Assembly (NCBI GenBank): GCA_015067485.1
Contig: SVMJ01000002.1
Span: forward strand, 15,401-79,400
Direction: 5' to 3'
From: Oscillospiraceae bacterium
GTDB taxonomy: Bacteria; Bacillota; Clostridia; Oscillospirales; JAAYXM01
Length of the DNA: 64,000 nucleotides
Of this stretch, positions 9,641 to 19,722 are shown one piece after another (the stretch's first letter is position 1; each line of letters starts with the position of its first letter). A program made the position numbers and the translations under genes. Under the pieces are notes generated by a model. It saw only the letters and a program-made list of their open reading frames with translations. It made no database searches and was not told where the DNA came from.

Positions 9641-9711
9641 TTTTATTGTGAGAACAACAAGGTTCCGGGGCACCCGACCGCAATCTTCGATTGCGATGTC
9701 GGGTCGGGTTC

Positions 9712-10284
9712 TTATTCCATTTCATCCAAGGTGAGTTCGAGTGCGGGGGCAAATTCACGCAGGAAGTAGTCCACTTCGGGCATCTGCATATCCCGCAGCG
9801 CGGCTTCGGTCTGCTCCTTCGCGCATTGGAATTCGCGGTTTCCCGCAAACACTTCTTCCACACACTTGAGATACGCGGATAGCTTATCCGCCGCGTGGAC
9901 GATATCGGAAACTTCTTTGTCGGTAAAGAGCACGCGCTCCCACTCACCGCGCATCGTATCGGGCAGGTGCGACAGGAGTTTTTCATTGGACACCCGCTCG
10001 ATCTGATGATATGCATCACGGATGGCGGGATTAAAATACTTGATGGGGGTTGGCATATCCCCGGTCATGATCTCGGAGATATCGTGATAAAGCGCACTCA
10101 GCGCAAACTGCTCAGGCTCACACGGCACACCGAACACATCCCGACGGATGACCCCCAGCGCGTGGGCAAGCACCGCAACGTAGTACGAATGCTCCGCAAT
10201 ATTCTCTTTCTTGGTATTACGCATGAGCGCCCAGCGCTCGATATGTTTCATACGATACAAAAACGCAAAAAACTTTCGGCTCAT
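9712..10284 (-). CDS. HD-domain 5'-deoxynucleotidase (YfbR-like)
   Basis: FLYRMKHIERWALMRNTKKENIAEHSYYVAVLAHAL...YHDISEIMTGDMPTP matches the YfbR-type HD phosphohydrolase pattern. Confidence 0.75.
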   Translation of the reverse strand: MSRKFFAFLYRMKHIERWALMRNTKKENIAEHSYYVAVLAHALGVIRRDVFGVPCEPEQFALSALYHDISEIMTGDMPTPIKYFNPAIRDAYHQIERVSNEKLLSHLPDTMRGEWERVLFTDKEVSDIVHAADKLSAYLKCVEEVFAGNREFQCAKEQTEAALRDMQMPEVDYFLREFAPALELTLDEME

Positions 10285-10348
10285 ATCATTCCCTTGCTTT
10301 CTCAAATAGTCTGTGTTACCATTATATCATACAAAAGGAGTGATTTCT

Positions 10349-11248
10349 ATGAAAGTTCAAAAAATTGATATTCACAACCACGTGGTTTTGCAAAAAGGCA
10401 CTCCGCGTTTCTATTCCGCAAAACGCGGCGACTGGCTGACCCCGGAAGAAACCTTCCGTTTCTTTGATTTGCAGGGTATTGAAAAAGGGGTGCAACTCCC
10501 GTTCATCTCGCCCGAATGGGGCACGCACACGATGACCAACGAAGAATCCATGGAACTGGTGCGCCGCTATCCCGACCGTTTCGAGTGGTTCTGCAACATT
10601 GACCCGCGAAACATCATCAATGACCCGTCTGCCGACTTCACCCCCATGCTCGAATACTACAAATCCATGGGCGCAAAGGGCGTGGGCGAAGTCACTGCCA
10701 ACCTGTATTTTGACGATCCGCTCGTTTGGAACCTGTTCTCCCACTGCGAAAAGTGCGATATGCCCGTGCTCTTCCACGTTGGGAACTTAGGGCTCGACTA
10801 TGGCTTGGTCGATGATCTTGGACTGCCCCGTTTGGAAAAATCCTTACAGCAGTTCCCGAACCTGATTTTCATCGGGCACTCCCAGAAATACTGGGCGGAA
10901 ATCAGCGGTGACTGCAACGCGGAAGTCCGCGACGGCTACCCCACCGGCAAAGTCGTCCCCGGGGGACGTGTGGTGGAACTCATGCGCAAATACAAAAACC
11001 TCCACTCAGACCTTTCGGCCGGCAGCGGCGGAAACGCAATCATGCGTGACCCGGAATTCGGCTACGCATTTTTGGAAGAGTTCTGTGACCGTTTGTACTT
11101 CGGCACCGACATCTGCCACCCCGACCAGATTGAAGACGATTTCAAACTCTCCTTCTTCCTGGACGATGCGGTGGAATCGGGTAAAATCTCACAGACCGCC
11201 TACAACAAAATCTGCCGTGAAAACGCACTCAAATTACTCAATCGATAA
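10349..11248 (+). CDS. Amidohydrolase-family metal-dependent hydrolase
   Basis: MKVQKIDIHNHVV (HxH metal motif), later HVG, GHS and a C-terminal D. AAAGGAG RBS precedes the ATG at 10349. Confidence 0.7.
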   Translation: MKVQKIDIHNHVVLQKGTPRFYSAKRGDWLTPEETFRFFDLQGIEKGVQLPFISPEWGTHTMTNEESMELVRRYPDRFEWFCNIDPRNIINDPSADFTPMLEYYKSMGAKGVGEVTANLYFDDPLVWNLFSHCEKCDMPVLFHVGNLGLDYGLVDDLGLPRLEKSLQQFPNLIFIGHSQKYWAEISGDCNAEVRDGYPTGKVVPGGRVVELMRKYKNLHSDLSAGSGGNAIMRDPEFGYAFLEEFCDRLYFGTDICHPDQIEDDFKLSFFLDDAVESGKISQTAYNKICRENALKLLNR

Positions 11249-11250
11249 AG

Positions 11251-11286
11251 AAAAACTCCGTTGCTTTTGCAACGGAGTTTTTTTCT
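11251..11286. terminator. Bidirectional terminator
   Basis: AAAAACTCCGTTGC-TTTT-GCAACGGAGTTTTT between convergent genes. Confidence 0.75.
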
Positions 11287-12684
11287 TTAGTCGTCCAAGC
11301 CGCGCTTGCTCACTTCTGCCCACAAATCCAATTCACGGGAATACGGGCCGTCGCTCATATAAATACCGCGGTTGCGGAAATCCTCGATTACCTTCTGAAT
11401 GTTTTCATACTCTGCAAGAAGTCTTTCATCGCTCATCTTGTATGCCGGGGTGAGCGAGCCGTACCATTCCGGATGTTTTCTGTAATCTTCCGGCGGATTC
11501 GGGTCGAGTTTCATGCTGGTAACCGTCTGGGTTGCAGCCTTGGTCAGGCTGGTGATCAGGCTGGAGTTGTCCAGCGGAGTCACGAAATAACGGTGCAGGA
11601 AGGTTACGATCTGTGCACGGGTGCAGGTCGCGTTCGGGGAGAAGGTGGTGCCGCCGGTGCCGTTGGTGATACCCTTGCGGAGTGCCCAGGAAACCGCCTT
11701 ATCCAATGTGCTGTTTTCCGCTACATCCGAGAACGGAACACGGGTTGCGGACGGAGAACCTGCATAACGCCAGAAGTATTCAACGGTAGCACCGCGCGTT
11801 GCCGGGGTGTTCGGACCAAACGTGTTTCCGCTCGGAGCATAAATGCCCTTTTCCTTTGCCCACAGTGCGACATTGTAGTAATAGTCGCTTGCCTTAACGT
11901 CTTTATACGGGTTTGCGATGCTCGGCATCGGAGAACCTGCCGCACGCCACAGGAAGGTCAGAATCTGCGCACGGGTGCATGTGCTGTTCGGTGCGAAAGT
12001 GGTTGCACTGGTGCCGTTGGTGATACCCTTGGAAACCGCCCAGTTGACCGGGGTGAAGAAGTAGTCTGCCTTCTTGACATCCTTAAATTCCGGGGTTGCC
12101 GGCACATTGCTCTTGAGCGTGCTGAATTTGCCGTAGTCGTTACGGCCGGTTGCAGATGCGAAACGGATGGTGCCGTTCTTCACTTCGAGTACCATGAAGA
12201 GGTTGTCCGGGTAATAGTGTCCGCCGTAGTAAGTCCACAGATAGAAATAATACGTCTGGTTGGTATTCAGCGGAATGTCGCCCTGATCGAAGTAGAGCTC
12301 TATGCTGTTGGTCTTGCCGTATTCCATCTTCTGCTCATCGGTGTAGTAGAGCATACCGAAACTGCCTGCATTGCCCAAAACTTCGTTCCAGGACTTGAAT
12401 GCACTGCCGTAGTAGCCAAGGTCGGTGAAGTCGCCGTAGTACTTGTCGGTACCGCTTTCCCCTTCCGAGCGCAAGCGCTTGGTCATCACGGTCAGGCGGC
12501 TGCTTGCGGATGCAGTGTCCCAGCCAAAGTTGATGTTCAGGCTCTTGACATCGCCATTGCCATAGTACGCAGCCGAGGTAACCGAAACATTGTTCGCTGC
12601 TGCAGATGCAGTAAACGGAACCAAAGTTACCAACATGCAAACCAAAAGCAGCATACTCAGGATTCTTCTGTTTGTTTTCTTCAT
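11287..12684 (-). CDS. Secreted SLH-domain protein (three central SLH repeats)
   Basis: Signal peptide MKKTNRRILSMLLLVCMLVTLVPFTASA. Three repeats follow of the type F.DV....YF..V.WA..KGITNGT...TF.PN..CTRAQI.TFL.R. ATG at 12684 lies 9 nt after AGGAGG. Confidence 0.75.
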   Translation of the reverse strand: MKKTNRRILSMLLLVCMLVTLVPFTASAAANNVSVTSAAYYGNGDVKSLNINFGWDTASASSRLTVMTKRLRSEGESGTDKYYGDFTDLGYYGSAFKSWNEVLGNAGSFGMLYYTDEQKMEYGKTNSIELYFDQGDIPLNTNQTYYFYLWTYYGGHYYPDNLFMVLEVKNGTIRFASATGRNDYGKFSTLKSNVPATPEFKDVKKADYFFTPVNWAVSKGITNGTSATTFAPNSTCTRAQILTFLWRAAGSPMPSIANPYKDVKASDYYYNVALWAKEKGIYAPSGNTFGPNTPATRGATVEYFWRYAGSPSATRVPFSDVAENSTLDKAVSWALRKGITNGTGGTTFSPNATCTRAQIVTFLHRYFVTPLDNSSLITSLTKAATQTVTSMKLDPNPPEDYRKHPEWYGSLTPAYKMSDERLLAEYENIQKVIEDFRNRGIYMSDGPYSRELDLWAEVSKRGLDD

Positions 12685-12810
12685 CGTTTTCATCCTCCTA
12701 AACTGATTCGTTTCAAGGGAATCCTCCCTTTTCTTCATTCTACATCGTACCCAAGGGTACGATGCAATACTTTTTTAATATTTTATCGGTTTTTTGGAAG
12801 AAAAAGAAAA

Positions 12811-12845
12811 AGCACCGAAAATCCTGACGGATTTTCGGTGCTTTT
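12811..12845. terminator. Bidirectional terminator
   Basis: AGCACCGAAAATCC-TGAC-GGATTTTCGGTGCT, flanked by A/T runs. Confidence 0.7.
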
Positions 12846-12854
12846 AATTTTCAA

Positions 12855-13949
12855 TTAGTCGATGACCTTGCCGAAGTAGTCTTCGAAGTTGATGCCGACA
12901 GTAGCACCGATCTTCTGCATTTCGCCAATAGTCTTTTCGTTTGCCGGGAGACCGTCTCTCAGTTTTTCCTGAGTAGATTCGAGTTCCTTTTCGCCGTGGG
13001 TGTAGATACGGGTCTGGCCTTCTGCCTTTGCGCTGTTGCGGAGTTCTTCGAGGAGAACCGAGCAGTTCTTACGCATGGTAGCCTTGTCGCCGAACATACC
13101 GTAGTCGATTGCCCAGAATGCTTCGGAGGTGTCGCCGTTACCGCAGTGGGAAACATGGTTGGAGGTTACGCCGCCTGCCATGATCGCGGTCAGGATCTCA
13201 ACGATTGCGCCAAGACCGTAACCCTTGTGGGAACCGGTTGCTTCGGAGGAACCGCCGATCGGCAGAATGCCGCCGCCTGCTTTGTTGATGATGTTCTGGA
13301 TGACTTCGCCTGCGTTGGTGGTGTCGAGGCCGTTCGCGTCAACGACCCAGCCCATCGGCAGCGGAGCGCCCTTCTTGTTGTAGACTTCCAGCTTACCACG
13401 CGGAACAACGGTGGTAGCAACGTCGTAAAGGAACGGAGTCGGATCAGCCGGCATGCCGAATGCGATCGGATTGGTACCCAGCATTGCGTTCTTGCCGTTG
13501 GTCGGGATCGCGATTGCTTCGGTGTTGGTGAAGCAGAAGCCCATCATATCCTGTTCGACTGCCATTCTGGTATAGTAACCTGCGATACCGTAGTGGTTGG
13601 AGTGGTTGACAACGACAGCACCAAAGCCGTGTTCTTTTGCTTTGTCGATCGCCATCTGCATTGCCATTTTGGAAACAACCTGACCCATTGCCATCTTTGC
13701 ATCGATGACAGCGGAGAGTTTGGTTTCATGGGTAATGACCGGCTCTGCCTTCGGGCAGATGAGCCCTTCCTGGATACCGTCATGATAACGGATCAGGCGC
13801 TGAATGCCGTGGGACTCGATGCCGTACAGGTCAGCCATGAGCAGAACGTCTGCAATATCGATCGCCTGCTGACGGGTGAAGCCGTAACCCTCATACAAAT
13901 CTTCAACGAATTTTCTGGTTGCTTTTTCCGGTAATTTATAATATGCCAT
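12855..13949 (-). CDS. Ldh_2 family oxidoreductase (malate/L-lactate/sulfolactate dehydrogenase type)
   Basis: LLMADLYGIESHGIQRLIRY...HSNHYGIAGYY...GSHKGYGLG are typical Ldh_2 family motifs. Confidence 0.8.
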   Translation of the reverse strand: MAYYKLPEKATRKFVEDLYEGYGFTRQQAIDIADVLLMADLYGIESHGIQRLIRYHDGIQEGLICPKAEPVITHETKLSAVIDAKMAMGQVVSKMAMQMAIDKAKEHGFGAVVVNHSNHYGIAGYYTRMAVEQDMMGFCFTNTEAIAIPTNGKNAMLGTNPIAFGMPADPTPFLYDVATTVVPRGKLEVYNKKGAPLPMGWVVDANGLDTTNAGEVIQNIINKAGGGILPIGGSSEATGSHKGYGLGAIVEILTAIMAGGVTSNHVSHCGNGDTSEAFWAIDYGMFGDKATMRKNCSVLLEELRNSAKAEGQTRIYTHGEKELESTQEKLRDGLPANEKTIGEMQKIGATVGINFEDYFGKVID

Positions 13950-14017
13950 CTTGAAAAAACTCCTTTCTCAAACTCCCATCATAATATCACTTTTCGACAG
14001 AACTGTCAACTTTTTCC

Positions 14018-14422
14018 TTACTTTTTCGGGTTGACGATATCGCGCCATGCGAGATCGCCGTTTTCCAGCCCGCGGACCAAAACTTCCGCGGTTGCCACGT
14101 TGGTCGCGACAGGGACATTATTCTGATCGCACAGCCGCAAAATGTTCAAGGTATCGGGTTCGTAGTGGTTTGCGGAGAGCGGGTCGCGGAAAAAGAGCAT
14201 CAAGTCGATCTCGTTGTATGCGATGCGCGCGCCGATCTGCTGGTCGCCGCCCTGCGGTCCCGACAGAAAGCGTTTGACATCCAAACCCGTCGCTTCGCTG
14301 ATGAGTTTCGCTGTGGTGCCGGTGCCGCAAAGACTGTGCTTGGATAAAATCCCGCAATATGCGATACAAAACTGCACCATCAGTTCCTTTTTCTTGTCGT
14401 GTGCAATGAAAGCAATGTTCAA
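14018..14422 (-). CDS. mgsA: Methylglyoxal synthase
   Basis: (M)[17 protein letters not shown]...GTGTTAKLI...[12 protein letters not shown]...LFFRDPL. Proposed TTG start at 14422 lies 7 nt after AAAGGAG. The ATG at 14476 would overlap the upstream gene by 38 nt. Confidence 0.85.
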   Translation of the reverse strand: MNIAFIAHDKKKELMVQFCIAYCGILSKHSLCGTGTTAKLISEATGLDVKRFLSGPQGGDQQIGARIAYNEIDLMLFFRDPLSANHYEPDTLNILRLCDQNNVPVATNVATAEVLVRGLENGDLAWRDIVNPKK

Positions 14423-14438
14423 CTGTCTACTCCTTTCT

Positions 14439-15173
14439 CTATCGTACCGTGCGCAGCAGGGGTACTTCGCAGCCATTTAAGCGCTGCGCCATGTTGCGGA
14501 AAGCCTTTGCCGCAGGTGTTCTCTTCGAGAGAATCAACTCCCCACGGTTATAGCATGAAATCACACGTTTATCTTCAGGCACGGCACCGAGCAAACGGAT
14601 GCCCGTGCGATCGATCGCTTCATCTAAACTCACGCCATCCACGCCACCGCGCACACGGTTGACGACAAGGCGGAGATCTTCTACCCCACGTTCAGATAGC
14701 GCGTGGCGAGTCATCTGCGCATCACGCAGACTGGTCTGATCGGGTGTGCACACCACGATCGCGCAGTCGGCGACACTTGCCGCCTGCGAAAACCCTTCCC
14801 CAATGCCTGCGGGGCAGTCTAAAATGCAAATATCATAGGTCTGCTTGACGGTCTCACAAAAGCCTTTGAGCGCATCCGACGTGATCGGCTCTTCCGGGAT
14901 GCCGAGCGGTGCGGCGAGAAAGAACAGTCCTTCGCAATTCGGATGGGGTGTTACCGCTTCTTCCAATGTCGTGCGCTCAAGCAGTACATCGGTAAAATCA
15001 AAGAGTGCCGAATCGGTCAGTCCCAACACCAAATCAAGATTTCTGAGCCCAATGTCGAGATCCACCAGCAAGACGGTCTTGCCCAGTTCCGCAATCGCTG
15101 ACGCAAGCCCTGCTGCAAGCGCGGTTTTGCCCGTGCCGCCTTTGCCGGATGCGATACAAACAGTCTTTCCCAC
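14439..15173 (-). CDS. MinD/ParA-type P-loop ATPase
   Basis: (V)[37 protein letters not shown] has the deviant Walker A. GTG at 15173 follows GAGGGGG. The C-terminus ([14 protein letters not shown]) lacks an obvious amphipathic membrane-targeting helix. Confidence 0.7.
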   Translation of the reverse strand: MGKTVCIASGKGGTGKTALAAGLASAIAELGKTVLLVDLDIGLRNLDLVLGLTDSALFDFTDVLLERTTLEEAVTPHPNCEGLFFLAAPLGIPEEPITSDALKGFCETVKQTYDICILDCPAGIGEGFSQAASVADCAIVVCTPDQTSLRDAQMTRHALSERGVEDLRLVVNRVRGGVDGVSLDEAIDRTGIRLLGAVPEDKRVISCYNRGELILSKRTPAAKAFRNMAQRLNGCEVPLLRTVR

Positions 15174-15237
15174 AATCTTCCCCCTCTCGTTTTTTGCACC
15201 TATCATTATATCGGATTTTGCGTGTCTTCGCAAGAAT

Positions 15238-17313
15238 TTATTGCACCAAAAGGTTCTCATCCTGTGTGAGACTCTGATTCGATTTATCAAAGAAGTATGC
15301 ATCGAATACCTGCTTTGCCACTTCGGTCACGCGACTGCCCTGACCGCCGTTTTCCACAACCACCGCAACCGCGATCTCAGGATCGTCAAACGGTGCAAAC
15401 GCGATGAAGAGCGCGTGCGAGCCACCGGGTGCCTGTGCAGACCCGGTCTTCGCCCCAATTTTAATGGGATAATCCTTGAACTTCGAATACGCAGTCCCGT
15501 CCGGCTCATGTGCCGCGCGGTACATTCCACCCAGCACCGCATCCCAGTACGACTCCTTGTAAGTTGCTTCGCGTGCCACTTCGGGCGTTGCGGTATAAAG
15601 AATGTCGTTGGTGTCTGCATCACGCACGCTCTCGAGCAGGTATGGCTTGTACTGTACCCCACGGGTTGCAAGCATCGCGGTATAGTTTGCAAGTTGAAGC
15701 GGAGTAACCAGTGTATCCGACTGTCCGATCGCGGCGCCCAAGGTATCGCCGTCATACCATATCCCACCTGCTTTTTTACGGGTCTCATATCCTGCCACCT
15801 GCCCGCTCAGTTCCCCGGGCAGACCCAGCTCGGTCTTCACACCAAACCCGAACTTCTCTGCGGTCTCGGTGATGGCATTGATTCCCACAATCCGTCCCAC
15901 ATCATAGAAGAAGTAGTTACACGAAACCTTGAGCGAATCGCTCACGTTCACGCTGCCGTGGGTCTTTCCATACGTCTTGTAAATATCACAGCGCGGCTGA
16001 TAGCCTTTGTAATAGGTGTAGATCCCCTTGTCCACAATCGCGGTGTACGGGGTAATCGTGCCGGCTTCCAGCGCGGCAAGCGCGGTAACAGGCTTAAACG
16101 TGGACCCGGGCGGGAAATACGCCGCAATCGCGCGGTTGACCATGGGTTTTAACGGGTCTTCGAGCATCGCGTTGTAGTTTTCGGTAAATTTGGTCAAATC
16201 ATAAGTCGGGTTGGACGCCATCGCAAGCACCCCGCCTGTCTTGACATCGATTGCAACAACCGCACCGCCTTTGGCGTTGTTTCCGCCCCAACGCGGATTG
16301 GTCTGTCCTTCACGGCGCAGTTTGGGAATGATCTCGGCAAGGGCTTTTTCTGCCGCTTCCTGCACCGCGACATCGATGGTCAGCGTACATTCCTTGCCGG
16401 AAATCGGCGCAACTTCACTCACCACATTGGTAATTCTGCCGCCCGTGGTGGTCTCAATGGTCTGCGTGCCGTCCATCCCGCGGAGCCAGTCTTCCAAGAT
16501 ACGCTCCATCCCGTCTTTGCCGATCTGGTCGTTGCGGGTGTAGCCCTTTTCTTTGAGTTCATCGTACTCTTCCGCATAGATATTACCCACGCGCCCCAAA
16601 AGATGCGCGGCGTACCGGGTCTGATACTGGCGGATGGGTTCCACCGTGATACGCACGCAGGAGAACAAGCGGTTGCGCTCCTGGATTTTGGTAACAAGTG
16701 ATACGTCAATATCTTCCGCAAACAAGAACGGAACGGTGGTGGAAAACTGACGGATCTCCATTTCATAGCGCACGCCCACAATCGCGCGGACCTGCTCTTT
16801 GGTATAGGTCTCGGGCACTTCATAGCGCTCCGCCATGTTCGAAATCAAATCATCTGCGGAAATCTCCGCATCATATTTGCGCTTTTTGATGTATGCGGAA
16901 AGGTTTCCTTCCGCTTCCGTGCCCCCGTCTTTCACATAAGTATAGGTAAAAGGCACCGTATCGGACACGGGCAAGGTATCGATATGCTTCTGCCCGTTTG
17001 CATTACACAACGCAATGAGTTCCCAAATCAGTTCTGCGCGTGTCCCGCTTTCCACCTTGCGCCAACTCACCGCGTCAAACTCGATCATAAAACTCGTGCG
17101 GTTGGACACCATGGTACGCCCGTTGCGGTCCAAAATCTCCCCACGGGGTGCGGACAGGGTAACCGAGCGGGTCAGTTTACTCTCCGACTGACGCAGATAC
17201 TCTTCCCCGTGCACCACTTGGAGCGAATACAGCCGCCCGATCCCGATCGCCATGACCAAAACCAGTAACACAACAAGCAGGATCGAGCGAATTTTGAGTG
17301 ATTCTCTGTTCAT
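15238..17313 (-). CDS. mrdA: Penicillin-binding protein 2 (peptidoglycan D,D-transpeptidase)
   Basis: N-terminal TM anchor, PBP dimerisation region, and transpeptidase motifs STFKP, SCN and KTG(S). Its ATG overlaps the mreD stop (ATGA). Confidence 0.9.
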   Translation of the reverse strand: MNRESLKIRSILLVVLLVLVMAIGIGRLYSLQVVHGEEYLRQSESKLTRSVTLSAPRGEILDRNGRTMVSNRTSFMIEFDAVSWRKVESGTRAELIWELIALCNANGQKHIDTLPVSDTVPFTYTYVKDGGTEAEGNLSAYIKKRKYDAEISADDLISNMAERYEVPETYTKEQVRAIVGVRYEMEIRQFSTTVPFLFAEDIDVSLVTKIQERNRLFSCVRITVEPIRQYQTRYAAHLLGRVGNIYAEEYDELKEKGYTRNDQIGKDGMERILEDWLRGMDGTQTIETTTGGRITNVVSEVAPISGKECTLTIDVAVQEAAEKALAEIIPKLRREGQTNPRWGGNNAKGGAVVAIDVKTGGVLAMASNPTYDLTKFTENYNAMLEDPLKPMVNRAIAAYFPPGSTFKPVTALAALEAGTITPYTAIVDKGIYTYYKGYQPRCDIYKTYGKTHGSVNVSDSLKVSCNYFFYDVGRIVGINAITETAEKFGFGVKTELGLPGELSGQVAGYETRKKAGGIWYDGDTLGAAIGQSDTLVTPLQLANYTAMLATRGVQYKPYLLESVRDADTNDILYTATPEVAREATYKESYWDAVLGGMYRAAHEPDGTAYSKFKDYPIKIGAKTGSAQAPGGSHALFIAFAPFDDPEIAVAVVVENGGQGSRVTEVAKQVFDAYFFDKSNQSLTQDENLLVQ

Positions 17314-17834
17314 ATACTTTCTTCCTCAACCAAAAATCTGCGGCTGATTTTCCAAACCGCAAAAAACAGGATCGGGGTAAACAACACGGTGGTCAACCCC
17401 TCGCCGAGAAAACGGGTCCAAAACGCACCCCCAATGGGTCTGCCCCAAAGCAAAAAGCGGATGACATAGTAAAGTCCGTTGGTGACCAACATACTTGCCA
17501 GCCAGTAGAGCAGGGATGCGAAATAGTGCTTCTGAAACAGAAGATGACACAAAATCCCGACCACAATCCCGCAGAGTACAAATGTGGTTGTATAAAATCC
17601 CGCAAGGCCCGGCACCATCGCATCGGTGATGATGCCCGCCATCAGTCCGATCCCTGCCGCGCCCGCGATGCCTTCCCGCATCGCGATCGCCGCAACCAAA
17701 TACGGCACAAAAGACGGGGATGCCGAAAAGATTGTGAACCTGTATAAAATTGTGCTGGATGCGATCATTGCCGCCGCAATCAGAATGCCGTAGGACACCC
17801 ATTTGTAAAACGCGCGCGAACTTCTGTCCATCAT
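17310..17834 (-). CDS. mreD: Rod shape-determining protein MreD
   Basis: 174-aa polytopic membrane protein located directly after mreC. Confidence 0.7.
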   Translation of the reverse strand: MMDRSSRAFYKWVSYGILIAAAMIASSTILYRFTIFSASPSFVPYLVAAIAMREGIAGAAGIGLMAGIITDAMVPGLAGFYTTTFVLCGIVVGILCHLLFQKHYFASLLYWLASMLVTNGLYYVIRFLLWGRPIGGAFWTRFLGEGLTTVLFTPILFFAVWKISRRFLVEEESI

Positions 17835-17839
17835 AATAT

Positions 17840-18679
17840 TTACTCCGTGACTGTAAAGGATTTGAGCACCAAAACCTGTGTGATTTCGGAAATATTTACC
17901 GCAGGGGTGATGACCGCGTACTTGGACGCGCCATGGGTCTCGCTCTTAATTTCCCCAACCGAGCCAATGACAAGCCCTTTCGGGAAGAGTCCGCCAAACC
18001 CCGCGGTTTCCACCGTGTCGCCCTGCACCACCTTGGTCTCATTGTCGAGATAGGTGAGTTTTAACTGATTTTTCCCCATGAGTTCGAAACTGCCTTCCGC
18101 AGTCGCCACTTCACGGGTACGAGACGCGATAGCGGAGATTTGCGAATCCGTATCTACAATGGTGGTTACCATCGCCCAGGTAGTTCCCACTTCGCTGATG
18201 TATCCCACCAGCCCGTCCACCGTGAGCACGCAGTTGTCGAGTTTGATTCCACTGAGTGTTCCCTTATCGATGGTGAAACTGCGCGACCAAGTCTCATGAC
18301 TGCGTGCGATGATTTCCGCCGATTCGAATTCGAAACTGCTGTTTCGCGCTTTCATGTCGAGTGCGGCACGCAGTTGTGTATTTTCCTGAATCGCGCGATC
18401 CGCATCACGCAGAGCGCCGCGGGTGTCCGCAAGATCCTGACGGAGCGTACGGTTTTCTTCCATGAGCACGTCATATTCGGTGTAGTGATCCACCACCGAC
18501 TGCACCCCGTTTGTTACCGCGGTTACACCGCCCTGAATCGGGGTGAGCAAAATGTTCACCAGATTGGTCGCGGGGGATGCGTGGCTGGGCGAAAGTGCCG
18601 ACCAGATCATCGCGACCAAAGACAGCAGTATCGCAGAGAGCAGGATCAGTACCCATTTCTTTTCAAAAACATCTTTCAT
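17840..18679 (-). CDS. mreC: Rod shape-determining protein MreC
   Basis: N-terminal TM, a coiled coil (LRQDLADTRGALRDADRAIQENTQLRAALD), then a beta-rich C-terminal domain. Context is maf-mreC-mreD-pbp2. Confidence 0.85.
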   Translation of the reverse strand: MKDVFEKKWVLILLSAILLSLVAMIWSALSPSHASPATNLVNILLTPIQGGVTAVTNGVQSVVDHYTEYDVLMEENRTLRQDLADTRGALRDADRAIQENTQLRAALDMKARNSSFEFESAEIIARSHETWSRSFTIDKGTLSGIKLDNCVLTVDGLVGYISEVGTTWAMVTTIVDTDSQISAIASRTREVATAEGSFELMGKNQLKLTYLDNETKVVQGDTVETAGFGGLFPKGLVIGSVGEIKSETHGASKYAVITPAVNISEITQVLVLKSFTVTE

Positions 18680-18691
18680 CTCTTCACCTCA

Positions 18692-19261
18692 TCAAAGGGT
18701 GGTGTACCCCATCAAATGCAGCATTTCACACAGACGGCAAATCGGAAGCCCCACCACGTTGAAGTAGTCGCCGTCAATCTTGCGTACCAATTGCGCGCCC
18801 TTTTCCTGGATGCCATACGCACCCGCCTTGTCCATCGGCTCCCCGCTTGCGATGTAGCGGGAGATCTCATCGGCACCAAGCTCGCGAAACCAAACACGGG
18901 TGGTCTCATGCTCCACGATGGTCTTCCCGTCTTTGCAAACAGCAATTCCCGTATACACTTCATGGGCGCGCCCCGATAAATCGGAGAGCATCTGGAACGC
19001 ATCGTCCCCATCTTTCGGTTTTTCCAAAATCTTGCCGTCAAGTGCGACCACGGTGTCCGAACCGATCACCAAACAGTCAGCCCCCACACGCGACGCGACT
19101 TCTTCTGCCTTGGCTTTTGCAAGCGTTTTTACATACTCATCAGGCGAAGTTTTTGCCGCAACTTCTTCTGCAAACGACGGAACCACGTCAAAAGAAGAAA
19201 ATACACGCGAGAGCAACTCTCTTCTGCGTGGGGACTGGGATGCCAAAATCACTTTTTCCAT
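18692..19261 (-). CDS. maf: Maf-like nucleoside-triphosphate pyrophosphatase
   Basis: MEKVILASQSPRRRELL...DKAGAYGIQ. Confidence 0.9.
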   Translation of the reverse strand: MEKVILASQSPRRRELLSRVFSSFDVVPSFAEEVAAKTSPDEYVKTLAKAKAEEVASRVGADCLVIGSDTVVALDGKILEKPKDGDDAFQMLSDLSGRAHEVYTGIAVCKDGKTIVEHETTRVWFRELGADEISRYIASGEPMDKAGAYGIQEKGAQLVRKIDGDYFNVVGLPICRLCEMLHLMGYTTL

Positions 19262-19272
19262 CTCGCTACCCC

Positions 19273-19722
19273 TTACTTCGTCCCGGTCGAGCCAAACCCG
19301 CCCGCACCGCGCGCGGTGTCAGACAGATTGTCTACCAGTTCCAGTTCGGGCTGGACCACGGGCATCACTACGAGTTGTGCGATCCGCTCGCCCGGAGAGA
19401 TGACAAAGTCCGCTTCCCCCTGATTGATAAGCCCCACCGCGATTTCGCCGCGGTAGTCGCTATCAATGACACCAACCCCGTTGGAAAGCGCCAGCCCGTG
19501 TTTGATGGCAAGCCCGCTGCGCGCAAACACGAGTGCGACATAGTCTTTCGGGAGTTCGATCGCGATCCCACTCGGAATGAGCACACGTCCGCCTGCTTTC
19601 ACAGTAATTTTCTCATCAATACACGCACGCAGATCCAGCCCCGCCGACCCTTCGGTCGCATACGCGGGGAGCGGAATTTCATTTCCAATCATGGGAGAGA
19701 CCGCTTTGACTTTGAGTTTCAC
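19273..19722 (-). CDS. dut: dUTP diphosphatase
   Basis: GSAGLDLRA, RSGLAIKHG, GVIDSDYRGEI and a C-terminal GGFGSTG. Confidence 0.9.
   Translation of the reverse strand: MKLKVKAVSPMIGNEIPLPAYATEGSAGLDLRACIDEKITVKAGGRVLIPSGIAIELPKDYVALVFARSGLAIKHGLALSNGVGVIDSDYRGEIAVGLINQGEADFVISPGERIAQLVVMPVVQPELELVDNLSDTARGAGGFGSTGTK

Noticed and set aside
9661-9705. GC-rich nested hairpin (CCCGAC..CGCAATC-TTC-GATTGCG..GTCGGG) as terminator of the HD-domain gene
   Set aside because: No U-tract follows on the minus strand. The adjacent hairpin at 9607-9640 is the better terminator. It may be an RNA-stability element, but I cannot support a call.
11473-12858. 461-aa ORF on the plus strand
   Set aside because: It is antisense to the SLH-domain gene and runs through a terminator hairpin. 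It has no RBS.
14845-16152. 435-aa ORF on the plus strand
   Set aside because: It is antisense to the MinD-like and PBP2 genes. Its Ser/Pro/Arg-rich translation has no motifs.
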